A DNA stretch of 64,000 nt from Eledone cirrhosa (GCA_964016885.1 OZ024758.1:10850001-10914000), one strand, 5' to 3'; shown: positions 27,158-40,083, counted from the stretch's first letter. Notes: generated from the sequence alone by a model not told the origin. A program made the numbers and translations.

Positions 27158-28472
27158 TGAAAGAATCTTGGGGAACGTGAAGGAAATTAGACAAGTGTTT
27201 ATTGTAAATTTAATCAATCTAGTACACCCACCTATCCTTTCTGCAATGTTGTTGTTGTTGTTGTTATTGTTTTTGTTATTATTATTGCTGCTTGTTTTGT
27301 TTATATTTTTGTTTTGTTTTTATATAATTTAATTTATTTTAGTTTGTTTGTATCGTTTTCGATTTTTTTTTTGTTTGGTTTCGTTTTCGTCTTTGATTTT
27401 TATATAAGATAACGAAACCTAATTCTCCTGGAAATCTTGGAAATACAGATTCATTCTTTTTCTTCTTTATTTTCTTTTTTTTTATTTCTTTCCTTCTTCC
27501 TTAATTGCTTTCCCTTTTTTCTTTCTCTCTGTATTTCTTTATTCTTTCTTTTCCTTTTTTCTTTCATTTCTTTATTTCTTTGTCATTCTTTCTTTACATC
27601 TGTTTTATATTTCATCCCTTCTCTCTTTCATTACATACATCCCTGTATATTTCTTTGTCTTTTTCTCTCCCCTTTCTCTATAATTCTTCTTTCTTTCCTT
27701 CGTTATACTTTCTGTCTTTCTCTAATTCATTCCTTCTCTTCTTTTTTCTATTTGTCTGTCTTCTCTCCACTTATTCATCTTTTCTTTGTTTCGTTTTCTT
27801 TTATATATTTCCTCCCGTCTTTCTTTTTATCGCCATTTCTGTCTTTCTTTCCTCTCATTTGTCCTTTCATCTGTCCTCTCTCTATATATATTATATTATA
27901 AGAGAATGACAATGAGAAGCGAACTCGATTAAGAGCGGAAATAAGCAACAAAGCAACTTGTGTCACTTGGTGAATGTCTTCGTGTTTTCAAAAAATGAAT
28001 TTAAAACTATTTGCAATATCTCGTACATATATTTGATACTACGTTTCGTGTAGCTCTGCACACGCACACGTGTCTCTGCAGTGTGTGCACACCAGTTGAT
28101 GGGAGAATCAATGAGATCATGTGATATTGAGAAGAGAGAGAGAGAGAGAGAGAGATGGGGAACAGCTAAAAGTTGAGCTAGGGATAAAGTAAAAGTGTGA
28201 CAGTGATATCTTTGTACATGCCTGGGTCTCGAAATAACAATTTGACTACATATATATATATATTATATATTATATATATATATATATATCAGAGCAAACA
28301 TCACGGACGCTCTATCTCAAAATTATTTTTGAAAAGCATTAGAAATGCGCAACCGGTAAAACTTAAAACCAAAACTGAATACTAACCAGTACTATTACTA
28401 ATTCTCACTTATTCCTAATTAAACTATTTTTCACTGTGAACAATTTGTCAGCATTTTCTATTCCGTTTACCA

Positions 28473-28503
<31 letters not shown>

Positions 28504-28625
28504 ATATATCTATGTTATATATATGTAGTCTACGATTCTTATATATTTGATATATATTTATCCTTATCGAGCCCTCTTTGGATTTTAGTCTTCAAATTTA
28601 TTATTATTACTATATATATATCTAT

Positions 28626-28700
28626 ATAAAACTTTTAAACTCTGCTATGTATTGAGTACCTAACCTGCCGTGGTTACCTCCGATTCAACCCAGAATAACT
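28626..28700 (+). mobile_element. Family B 3'-terminal fragment
   Basis: GTATTGAGTACCTAACCTGCCGTGGTTACCTCCGATTCAACCCAGAAT followed by (TA)n. Confidence 0.6.
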
Positions 28701-29021
28701 TTATATATATATATATATATTTATTATATATTTGCTCTACGGTTCTTATATATTTGATATATATTTATCCTTATCGAGCCCTCTTTGGATTTTAGTCTTC
28801 AAATTTATTATTATTATTATTATTACTATATATTTATATATTATATATATTATATATATATTATATATATATATATTATATATAATATATATTATATATA
28901 TATATTATATATAATATATATATTATATATTATATTATATTATATGATATTATATATTATATTATATTATATATATAATATATATATATTATATATATTA
29001 TATATAATATATATTATATAT

Positions 29022-29210
29022 AGGGCGGTGGATTGGCAGTATCAGTAGAGGGTCGGACGCCATGCTTTCCAGCATAGTTACGTCCCTTTACGATCTGAGT
29101 TCAAATCCCGCCGAGGTTGACTTTACCTTTCATCCTTACGGGGTCGATAAAATAAAGTACCAGTAATGCACTGGGTAATTGCTGGCCTTGTGCATAAAGT
29201 AGAAACAATT
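29022..29210 (+). mobile_element. tRNA-derived SINE with Meta-like domain, full length
   Basis: B box GAGTTCAAATC; CCGAGGTTGACTTTACCTTTCATCCTTACGGGGTCGATAAAATAAAGTACC; tail GGCCTTGTGC...AGAAACAATT. Confidence 0.85.
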
Positions 29211-30302
29211 ATATATATTATATATATATAATATATATTATATATATTATATATATATTATATATATATAGAGAGAGTGGGGAGGGGTCAAAAGCAGACA
29301 ACTCATATATATATATATATATATATATATGCAACATTTGGTAAAGGAATTATTGTGAAGGAAACAGCAATGGAGGGCGAAGTGAAATGAAAAGATGGCT
29401 GGCATTGTGATATATAATGTTAGTATTTCGATAGGTAAGTGTTTAGGTATTGGTGTTTGTAGAGTTAAGCTGTGTTTTTCTATACTTAAGCAACTGTATG
29501 GAATCGAACTGTGTACAAATATATAAACATATCTGTAAGTGTCAGATTGTGGGGCTGAATATATGAATGTGTGCATAAATAAAATATTATTAATATGCGA
29601 TTGCCTGATATTGTTTTGATATTTTAACATAATTTCTATCAATTACAAATACATTCCTTAATAAAACTTAAAATTATCACTTGTCATAAGGAATTGATAA
29701 TTAACACACGCACGCACACGCACACATATACTCGTACATACACACATATACATACACACAGACCGACATACACAAATTCTTGCTAATAGTAGTAGATGAA
29801 TAACATAGCCCAACAAATCTTTAATTTTGTGTATTTGAATGTTTTTAAGAGAGATTTAACATAAACGTAGCTAAAATGCTGTTGTTATTCTTTTCCTGTT
29901 GGTATAATCAATGTAAATCTTCCAGAATGCAATGTCAAATTTGCATCTTCTAATGTGTTAAGCTTAAATGAAATAAAATGTCAACTTTTGAATATTTATG
30001 ATATAATCTGTTGCGAGACAGAATATTTACAATATATTGTGTTGTGAGACAGACCAGAATTCATTTTGGTGAAACAGTCAGCAGATGTTTTCCAATATAT
30101 TCAGATCAAACAATTGTTTTTATTAATAATGTTAATTTATTAACAAACATTTAACTACAAAAAGAAATTAGCATCTGTTTCGAGATTATAAGAAGAAATA
30201 TACGAGGTATTGAATTAATTACAGGTAAGGCCGGAGCTACAGTTCAGATAAACTAGGCAGCTACCTGCAGTGCTGACTTGAGAGAGGCGCATTACTGAAC
30301 TC

Positions 30303-30345
<43 letters not shown>

Positions 30346-30384
30346 CAAGGACGATTTGTTAAGCCTTCATTACGTTTATTGATT

Positions 30385-30424
30385 GGTGACGCGCGTTTCG
30401 CTATTGATCAGCTCAAGTCGGACC
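30385..30424 (-). ncRNA. Variant hammerhead-like motif
   Basis: Minus strand: GGT-CCGACTTGA-GCT(GATCAAT)AGC-GAAAC-GCGC-GTC^ACC, then AATAAA. All three stems form but the CUGANGA box is atypical. Lies in a ~100-bp insert between (TA)n tracts. Confidence 0.5.
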
Positions 30425-30443
30425 TTTGCTGTTGTAATGACAG

Positions 30444-30501
<58 letters not shown>

Positions 30502-30530
30502 CCCAGTACAATCTGTATATATATATAACA

Positions 30531-31105
30531 TGTATCCCAGTACAACCTGTCTCATGGTCGGGTCGTTGGCGACTAAACTGGCAACCCCACCAAGGTTTCT
30601 TGGTGAGGAGGGTGACTTTGGACCTCCTGCAGGACTAAAAACAAAACCTCTCAAAGGGCAAAGGAGCTCTTAAGAGTCAATGGCCATCCAAAATCACCGG
30701 GAGAGATGACCCCTTAGCCTTTGTCAAGGCAGAATTCTAAGAGAAGGAAAACTCTGATATAACACCTGCAACCCTGATGGTATCCAATGATGTTGACTTG
30801 TTCTTCTTTTTGGTAAATATCATCTTGGTTAAGAGAGTGGGACTGGCTTTGTGCAGTGCCTTTCCTCACTATAAAAGCTTCACGGCACAGGCATTGCTTT
30901 ATATCTGGAGATCTCCCTGCACTTGTTGTCACATGGTACCATGGGCCCAGCACTATGTGTCAATAATTATCACAAGTGTAGTGTTTGTACCAGAGTTTTC
31001 AAGTCGCTGGCTGGACTAAAAAGTCACACTCGTTCAGCGCATCGGTAGGGGTTCTCCTACACGGATATAAAGTAGTGGCCGTACTCGAAAACGAGTTGGC
31101 AGCCA

Positions 31106-31107
<2 letters not shown>
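30531..31107 (+). mobile_element. RTE-like non-autonomous retroelement, longest copy
   Basis: Near-identical to the copies at 7091 and 10476, sharing the 3' end GGCAGCCACC(AT)n. The AGAAGGAAAACTCTGA motif resembles RTE LINE 5' UTRs. No tRNA head and no long ORF. Confidence 0.65.
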
Positions 31108-31153
<46 letters not shown>

Positions 31154-32171
31154 GAATAGGGAGATAGTTCACAAGTTGTTGAGAGATGATTGAACTCACT
31201 ATAAATTGGCGTAAAGTTCTGGTGGCTTAGAGTGATGAGTCTGACCAGAACCCCTACCCCAGCCTCACCCTACCTACACCCCTACCCTCTATAACAGAGG
31301 TAATAAAAAAATATCATTATAGTAATCAATGATGCCATAGGGAATTATCGCAGAACAGATTCCAGCAAATTGATTTCCTCCTTCGGCTAGACTCGTACCA
31401 TTTTATATATTGAAAATATTATTGAGACTGAGAGGTAGAGAGAGGGGCTGAGAGGGAGAGATTGAAAGAGTGAGTGAGATGTGTAGAGATATTGAGAGGT
31501 AGAGAGAGGGGCTGAGAGGGAGAGATTGAAAGAGTGAGTGAGATGTGTAGAGATATTGAGAGATAGAGAGGGAGAGTTAAAGAGTGAGAGAGAGAGATGT
31601 AGAAAGAGAGCGGGATTGGTAGAGAGAGAGAGCTAAGTAGAGAGTGTGAGTGCGGGAGAGATATGTAGAGAGAGAATAAAAGTTAGAGAGATAGGTAAAG
31701 AGAGTGAGAAATAAGTAGAGGGAATGAGAGGACGAGTGAATGTCTAAAATACCACACATTTCACCTCTTTTCACTTCTAAAGTTGTTTTCATGCTCAATT
31801 AAGAAATGATTTATTCAGCTCTTCTCCACACTTATCGACTCTTCCTCTTACTACACTCTGTTGGTGTAATAATTCAACAACAACAACATACACTCTCAAT
31901 GAATAATTCCAGCTAAATATCTATCTTACCTCTTTCTAAAAAAATCAGCTTTTTTTTCTGGATTTCGTATATTTTTTCTTCTTTTCTTTATATTTTTATG
32001 TTGGTTTTCTTTGTCTATTTTTCTATTGTTTTTTTTTTGTCTTTCTTATATATTCCTTCTTTATTTATTCGTTGTTATTTTTTTCTTTCTTTCTTTTGAC
32101 TGCATTCTGATTGTCGATAGTAGCAATATGGTCCTAATAAAATATCCGGTATACATACATTATATATATAT

Positions 32172-32203
<32 letters not shown>

Positions 32204-32759
32204 GTGTGTGTATCCAGCAAATCGTAATTCTGGTAGGAAAGCAATGTTTCTGAAATAAGAGAACATAAAACAAGCTTATGGATTAATTCGACTGCTTCTT
32301 TTATATAACCTACGATAAGACAAAAAAAAAAAAAAAAAAAAAAGACAGAGAGAAAGAAACCAAGCAAATTCGGTTATCTGAACAGAATCATTTTATTATT
32401 ATTATTATTTCTCTGTTGGTTATTCGCCTATATAACCTATAATCTAATTATCAATTGATTCAGATGGTATCATTGAGAGAATAATCCATTCTAGCAAATA
32501 ATAATTTCTTATATTGGCGCAAGGCCATATACATATCTTTGGTGAGGAAAAGCAGTTGATTAAATTGACCCAATTACTTGACTGGTATTGGAATGGATGC
32601 GAGGTTTTTAAGCAAGGAAACATTAATTGGTCGTTTGGCCTTGTAGAAAAAAAGCAACCATATATATATATGGCACATCATATTTTGTCTCAGCTTTTGT
32701 GTGTGTATAATTATGTGTGTGTATGTATATATATATATGGGGAGAGAACAAGATACCAT

Positions 32760-32791
<32 letters not shown>

Positions 32792-32978
32792 CGTTATTCC
32801 GGGTTGAATCGGAGGTAACCACAGTAAGTAAGGTACTCAATACATTGCAGAGTATAAAAGTTTTAATATAGATGAGATTCTACAGGACTAGAACTGTTTC
32901 ATTCTTTAGAAATCATCAGGATGATTTCTAAAGAATGAAACAGTTCTAGTCCTGTAGAATCTCATCTATATTAAAACT
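32792..32978 (-). mobile_element. Family B fold-back element
   Basis: Perfect 59-bp arms at 32859-32917 and 32920-32978, with the HHR core at the apex. Confidence 0.75.
32879..32921 (-). ncRNA. Hammerhead core at the apex of a fold-back (family B); stem I truncated
   Basis: Minus strand: TC-CTGATGA-TTTCTAAAGAAT-GAAAC-AG-TTCTAGTC-CT-GTA^GA. Only 2 bp of stem I remain because the inversion junction lies just 5' of the core. Confidence 0.6.
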
Positions 32979-33818
32979 ATATATATATATACATATATAT
33001 ATAGTGTGTGTGTGTGTGTGTCAACAAACAAAAGGTGTATATATATGTGTGTGTGTATTCGTATACATTTATTTATGTTTCAATATATACACGTGTGTAC
33101 ATGTGTGATTATGGTACACCCACAAATAAACACAGTTACAAACAATATGATGATGAAACCAGATTATAGAGAGAGAGAGAGAGAGAGAAAGAAAGAGACA
33201 GGAACAGAGAAAGAAGGAGAGAGGGAGAGAGGGGGGGTCTAACACTATAGAAAAAAATTATGACACTGACGCTATTTCTGACCTTTTTATCTCAAACATA
33301 CGTGTGTATATGTGTCTTTTTCTGTATGTATTTGTGTTGTGTTTGTAAATGTGTGTGTGTATGTATTGATGTGTTGACGAATATGTGTGTGTGTGTATTA
33401 GCCTTTGATCAAGATGTATATAGAGAGCCACTCGTTAAAACTTTTAACATGATCTTTGATATCAAAGAACCATAGAACTCTTTCGTGTAGTTGTTATAAC
33501 TGTCTTGTGTTGGGTCAGACTCCGTACCAGAGACATATGATCAAACAATTCCAGCCTTGACCATCACATCTTTTATATTCTTTCATGTAATTAAGTTAAT
33601 ACATCATATAGACAGTACTACATCATACAGTATATCTTCTCCTTAAATCGGCTTAGTCGACCTCCAGTATTTATTATTTAATGAATTCAAGCCTGGCATA
33701 TATTTTATTGATCTCGGGTCTACACGTCCTTCTATCCCCCTTCCACAGACACACGCATACCAATCGATCTCAGGTCCACACGTCCTAACCCCCTTCCACA
33801 CACACACTATGGCTATGA

Positions 33819-34385
33819 TTAACCCTTTTCATAACAAACCCCCTGATACCGCTCTTGGTTCTTCAATACTGAGCAGTATATTTTAATGTGTTTATATTCA
33901 TCTAAAATTCTTTTATCATAGAAAAATCATTGTCCTAAAATGAACAAATTTTGAAAGTTGTATGAATATTAGCTTAAAGCTAGCAGCTTCAACGCAATTT
34001 TGTATGAATATTAGCTTAAAGCTAGCTGCTTCAACGCAATTTTGTATGAATATTACCTTAAAGCTAGCAGCTTCAACGCAATATCCTTTACTGTGAAAAA
34101 TAGTCGAAAAAACTGGCCACAGAACCCCTAGATACGTTTCTAGAGGTTTATATGCTCAAATTGTTCGACTATTTTTCGTAGAAAGAAAATGCGCCGAAGT
34201 TCTTAATTTAAGCTATGATACATTCAAAATTACTTCTATCATAATTTTTAAGTGAGAACATTTAAGTTGTGCTTCGAATAACATCATAATAGAGAGAAAG
34301 TCTTCCCAAATTCTTGATTATTTTAAAAGTATTTAAAAGTAATTGTTAGAAGTCTTTTATGTGAAATATATTAAAGAATGGGTAA
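33819..34385. mobile_element. Decayed TTAA-flanked MITE containing a 42-bp x3 minisatellite (33959-34082)
   Basis: TTAACCCTTTTC ... GAATGGGTAA. Internal unit TGTATGAATATTAGCTTAAAGCTAGCAGCTTCAACGCAATTT. Confidence 0.45.
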
Positions 34386-34474
34386 AGAAGTTAGTTTCGC
34401 AATCACTCCTAGAAAAAACGAATAGGTAATTTTATGTTATTTGATTTATGGGTGTATATATATATGTATATAAA

Positions 34475-34598
34475 CAGGGTGGCCCAAAAGTCGCGTACAT
34501 AAAACAAATAATTGTTTTATAAGAAACAATTTATTCAGAATAAATAAATAAATATGGAAACTTAATGTCCTATGTATTGCGACTTTTAGGCTCCCCTG
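34475..34598. mobile_element. Tc1/mariner-type MITE
   Basis: Imperfect TIRs CAGGGTGGCCCAAAAGTCGC / GCGACTTTTAGGCTCCCCTG followed by TA. Related TIR starts are at ~16875, 35537 and 58652. Confidence 0.65.
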
Positions 34599-34620
34599 TA
34601 TAATGTGTGTGATAAAATAG

Positions 34621-34711
<91 letters not shown>

Positions 34712-36012
34712 ACTACATTATATTACATGTGTGCATTTTTAACTCATTCAATATCTCGTTAAAACAAAATAATTGACATTCATTTTTCTGAAATAATTTT
34801 TAAAGGAAATATTTTTTTTAGATAATGTCAAAAGTAATTAAGGCTCTGTAGGTTCTGTATTCCTCAACTGAAATGACAACAATATTTATTATTGATATAT
34901 GTTTCGACAAGTATTAGACAACTAAAATTAGACAAGCTTAATACGTTTCTTGGAGAGAAGGGCGGAGGAGGGGAGAAGAAGGAAGAGGAGGAATTTAAAC
35001 TCGGAACGCCCAAAGCCGGGTCAGGTGTCACAAAATACCATGTCCAATTGTTTAACAATTCCGCCAAAATTCTATTCCTGGACCATTACTTTATGTATCG
35101 AACTCGGATTAAAAATCATCGTTAATCTTTGCCGAGATTTGAACTCGGGGTGTAGTGAACTGAAACAAATACCACGTCGCTTGATACAACGTTTCAAATC
35201 CGAATAAATCTTCAATACTTCCTCATTCTGTTAAAAGGAATATGAACTATGTTCACATTCACACCATGTAAGATTATCATAACATCTTTTAATATCTCAG
35301 AACATTCCAGATCAACCCCAAGACTATATGTTTATGGTTAGTAATAAGTGAAGAAGAAACGGATAGAATAATCTTCGCCTGTGTTAGACTGGACTGGACT
35401 CTGTTCTGTGATTGTTCCATTTGATCAACTACCTTCAACTCACTTATAATATCTAGGCTGCACCTTTCCTCACATTTAATCATGGAAGATTTCTTTACTT
35501 TCATTTACTTCATTTTATTTTACAATCGATACTTTACAGGGTCTTCCCCAAAAATGTACTCGCATACCTAAACCTGTTGCAGTAATCCGTCATTCCGCGT
35601 GTCGAAGTGTTGTTTGGTGTCGAAGAGATTTACCTTCAACAAGTTGGAGCATCTTCTCACTCCCATCGTAATGTAAGGACCTCTGTGTAGCTCTATTGGC
35701 TGTCATTAGGGAGGGTATCCAGCTGTAGAAACAGAATTAATGTAAACTAGACGTGGAATAAAGATAACAGTTAGATTAACATGGAACTATTAGATTTTAT
35801 CATTGTATTATTAAACCTGACATAAACCGCATCTTTTATTTTTATGTGTATATTTATGTATTTATTCTGAATAAAACCTGCTAAACCAATGAAGTCAATA
35901 GATCGATCGTTCTTTGAACTTTTTCCCTCATAAATCATTTCAGAAATACACAAATGTAATCATTCATAAAATGACAGTTATTTACCCACTTTCCAATGGT
36001 TTTACTGATAAT

Positions 36013-37190
36013 TTCTGTTGGTGGTGTTGTGTAGCGCCAGATCTGTGTTGGTGGTGTTGTGTAGCGCCAGATCTGTGTTGGTGGTGGTGTTGTGTAGCGC
36101 CAGATCTGTGTTGGTGGTGGTGTTGTGTAGCGCCAGATCTGTGTTGGTGGTGGTGTTGTGTAGCGCCAGATCTGTGTTGGTGGTGGTGTTTAACTCTAGA
36201 TCTGTGTTGGTGGTGGTGTTTAACTCTAGATCTGTGTTGGTGGTGGTGTTGTGCAGCGCCAGATCTGTGTTGGTGGTGGTGTTTAGCGCCAGATCTGTGT
36301 TGGTGGTGGTGTTGTGTAGCGCCAGATCTGTGTTGGTGGTGGTGTTGTGTAGCGCCAGATCTGTGTTGGTGGTGGTGTTTAGCGCCAGATCTGTGTTGGT
36401 GGTGTTGTGTAGCGCCAGATCTGTGTTGGTGGTGGTGTTTAGCTCAAGATCTGTATTGGTGGTGGTGTTGTGTAGCGCCAGATCTGTGTTGGTGGTGTTG
36501 TGTAGCGCCAGATCTGTATTGGTGGTGGTGTTTAGCGCCAGATCTGTGTTGGTGGTGGTGTTGTGTAGCGCCAGATCTGTATTGGTGGTGTTGTGTAGCG
36601 CCAGATCTGTATTGGTGGTGGTGTTTAGCGCCAGATCTGTGTTGGTGGTGGTGTTGTGTAGCGCCAGATCTTAATTGGTGGTGGTGTTTAGCGCCAGATC
36701 TGTGTTGGTGGTGGTGTTTAGCGCCAGATCTGTGGTGGTGTGTAGCGCCAGATCTGTGTTGGTGGTGGTGTTTAGCGCCAGATCTGTGTTGGTGGTGGTG
36801 TTGTGTAGCGCCAGATCTGTATTGGTGGTGGTGTTTAGCGCCAGATCTGTGTTGGTGGTGGTGTTTAGCGCCAGATCTGTGTTGGTGGTGGTGTGTAGCG
36901 CCACATCTGTGTTGGTGGTGGTGTGTAGCGCCACATCTGTGTTGGTGGTGGTGTTTAGCGCCACATCTGTGTTGGTGGTGGTGTTGTGTAGCGCCAGATC
37001 TGTATTGGTGGTGGTGTTTAGCGCCACATCTGTGTTGGTGGTGGTGTTTAGCGCCACATCTGTGTTGGTGGTGGTGTTTAGCGCCACATCTGTGTTGGTG
37101 GTGGTGTTGTGTAGCGCCACATCTGTGTTGGTGGTGGTGTTTAACTTCAGATAGGTCTTAATCTGTGTTGTTGGTGGTGGTGGTGTTTAG
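36013..37190. repeat. 21-27-bp variable minisatellite
   Basis: Unit AGCGCCAGATCTGTGTTGG(TGG)nTGT(TGTGT/TT), about 45 copies. Confidence 0.95.
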
Positions 37191-37424
37191 CAATTTTGGA
37201 GGAGGGGATAGTGGATTAAATTGTTCCCAGTACGTTACTGGTACTTTATTTTATTGACCACGTAAGGATGAAAGGCTAAGCTAGCCTCGCCGCTAAACAT
37301 ATTATCCGACGCTCTACCGACCCTGCTGCCAAGCCGCCGCCCTTAAAACAATAATATCGATATCAATAATTCCTGTAACAGTAAAATGAGAGGAGGTGGC
37401 GTGAGACTGGAGTTGGTGCAATAC

Positions 37425-38112
37425 TTTCAGTAGCAGCAGCACCAGTAGCAGCAATACTTGCAGCAATACTAGCAGCAGCACCAGTAGCAGCAATACTTGC
37501 AGCAGCAGTAGTAGCAGCAATACTTGCAGCAGCAGTAGCAGCAATACTTGCAGCAGCACCAGTAGCAGCAATAGTTGCAGCAGCACCAGTAGCAGCAATA
37601 GTTGCAGCAGCACCAGTAGCAGCAATACTAGCAGCAGCACCAGTAGCAGCAGCAGTAGCAGCAATACTTGCAGCAGCAATAGTAGCAGCAATACTTGCAG
37701 CAGCACCAGTAGCAGCAATACTTGCAGCAGCACCAGTAGCAGCAATACTTGCAGCAGCACCAGTAGCAGCAATACTAGCAGCAGCACCAGTAGCAGCAAT
37801 ACTTGCAGCAGCAATACTAGCAGCAGCACCAGTAGCAGCAATACTTGCAGCAGCACCAGTAGCAGCAATACTTGCAGCAGCACCAGTAGCAGCAATACTA
37901 GCAGCAGCACCACTAGCAGCAATACTTGCAGCAGCACCAGTAGCAGCAATACTAGCAGCAGCACCAGTAGCAGCAATACTTGCAGCAGCACTAGTAGCAG
38001 CAATACTTGCAGCAGCACCACTAGCAGCAATACTTGCAGCAGCACCAGTAGCAGCAATACTTGCAGCAGCACCAGTAGCAGCAATACTTGCAGCAGCACC
38101 AGTAGCAGCAGT
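37425..38112. repeat. 27-bp minisatellite
   Basis: Unit GCAGCAGCACCAGTAGCAGCAATACTT. Confidence 0.95.
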
Positions 38113-38169
38113 ATAATTATTAAATCGTGGATGTCTGCTGTTCATAAATTGAAGATTTACTCTATGAAA

Positions 38170-38355
38170 GCACAAGGCCAGCAATTACCCCAGTGCATTA
38201 CTGGTACTTTATTTTATCGACCCCCCCCCCCCTCCCCGTAAGGATGAAAGGCGAGGTTGACTTTGCCTTTCATTCTTACGGGGGTCGATAAAATAAAGTA
38301 CCAGTAATGCACTGGGGTAATTGCTGGCCTTGTGCCTAAAGTAGAAACAATTATT
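38170..38355. mobile_element. Head-to-head inverted pair of SINE 3' halves
   Basis: GCACAAGGCCAGC...GATGAAAGGC-(12 nt)-GCCTTTCATT...GCTGGCCTTGTGC. Confidence 0.85.
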
Positions 38356-40038
38356 ATGAAAACACGTGCAATATATTGGCGATTCATTATTGGTCAGTCG
38401 CAAACATGTCTCCTAGTGATGACGTCAAAGCTTATCGCCCCCCCCCCCATCCCCATCCCCTCACCAACCAACCAACCAACCAACCAACCAACCAAAGTCG
38501 TATATCACTTCCATATACCCGTTGACAGAACACTGCAATACTATAATAATATCATAAGTAATTTACAAACGATATTTTGCGATTTAGTAGGATTAATACG
38601 CCGCTAGGTCTAACACCAGCAACAGCTTTAACACCGCCGTTATCAGCATGATAAATCGACGAGGGTGTGGCTTGTACGTATTTGGTATTTATGCAAGAAA
38701 TATCAACCAAATCTTTATCAAATCATACCCTATCTTATTCTTTTAGAACGTGACCAAGAGTTCTTTCCGTTTTAGTATATACATAAATGTGGCGGTGTTT
38801 GGTGAAATGGAAAACATTGTTTTGAAAGGCATTTAACTGCAATGTTCCTTGTGGGTGGATTTCTATGTAAATTAGGCAGTAATTGTAGATATTTGTTCAT
38901 TGAGAGTACTGATTAAAGAACCTTGTGGTTGGGACGTGGAGAAAATTATATTTTACGGATCCTTCTTTTTTTTTTTTTTTTTTTTTTTTTGTTTTACAAG
39001 GATTCAAAAGAACCAACTGTAGCTTGGAAGTAAGTGTGGTTACTGGTCGTGTGATATACGAAAGCCTCATTCACATTTGGGATGATATTCATGCAGGACT
39101 CACTGTGTTGCCTAAAAGCCACCCAGTGACTGTAAAGGCGGCGACAATTTCCTTTAGGAGATATGACGAAGTCGTTAGAGCGATTATTGTTCCGGATCGT
39201 TGCATTCGGTGTCGTAATTCTACCGTGGTTAACTTCTTTCATAATTTCGGGGGTCCAGAATGTGATGTCTTGGGAGTGGGGATTGTTAAATAGTCGAATG
39301 AGATGTTTTGTGATATCCTGTCTGATTCTGTATTCTGTGTATTATGAGTTCAAATCCTACGCCCAGTAACTTGAAAAATAGCATAGCATCAGTAATGGAA
39401 AGACAAACTAATGGAAAGACAAACTAATACAAACCTTCTTCGGGGAAGGGGGAAAGAGCATACAAACTCTGGATGAATACCGTGAAACAGGATCTAACCT
39501 TTTAGTTATTAAAATCAATCCGTTAATTAGAATTCCTTTTTGAAGCAATCTTTTAACTTATTCCGTTGGGAATGCCCCCCTTGGGAATGACACAAGCATT
39601 ACTATCTCACATATTCTATAATCCTACAGAGGAAAGAAAACCATTATTCCATTATCTTGACTTGAGCTCACCGCATTGTTAAATTGATGTTGAATTATGT
39701 CCGTGTTCATTTTCAATTCTCCAGTGAAAAGACATCTCATACTTTCCTAATGAGCTTTAACGCTACATTATAATCGAATGTTTGATGCCTAATGAAGAAA
39801 TGCTTATTTTCCTAATTAATTGAAGACAAATTGTTTCTCAGAGATTTTAAAATAAAGAGTTGACTGATGTGGCATCCAATGTTTAATTGTTTTACTATTA
39901 AACATTCAATATTTCATGAAATGTTCTTAAGAGATTCTTAATATTATCTTTCAGAGTTTACAGTGTGACGCACTCCTTTATTCACTAGAGATTTAATAGA
40001 AGTCTAGAGATCCAAATGGACTGGAAATTCAGTAGAGG

Positions 40039-40082
<44 letters not shown>

Positions 40083-40083
<1 letters not shown>

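Noticed and set aside
29022-29115. tRNA genes
   Set aside because: The A and B boxes belong to SINE heads, and no cloverleaf can be folded.
35914-37161. 415-aa Trp/Cys-rich ORF
   Set aside because: It is the translation of a minisatellite that is open in several frames, with no non-repetitive domain or splice support.
37363-38184. Antifreeze-like Ala/Thr-rich ORF
   Set aside because: It is a 27-bp tandem repeat whose ORF start lies in a SINE fragment, and other frames are also open.
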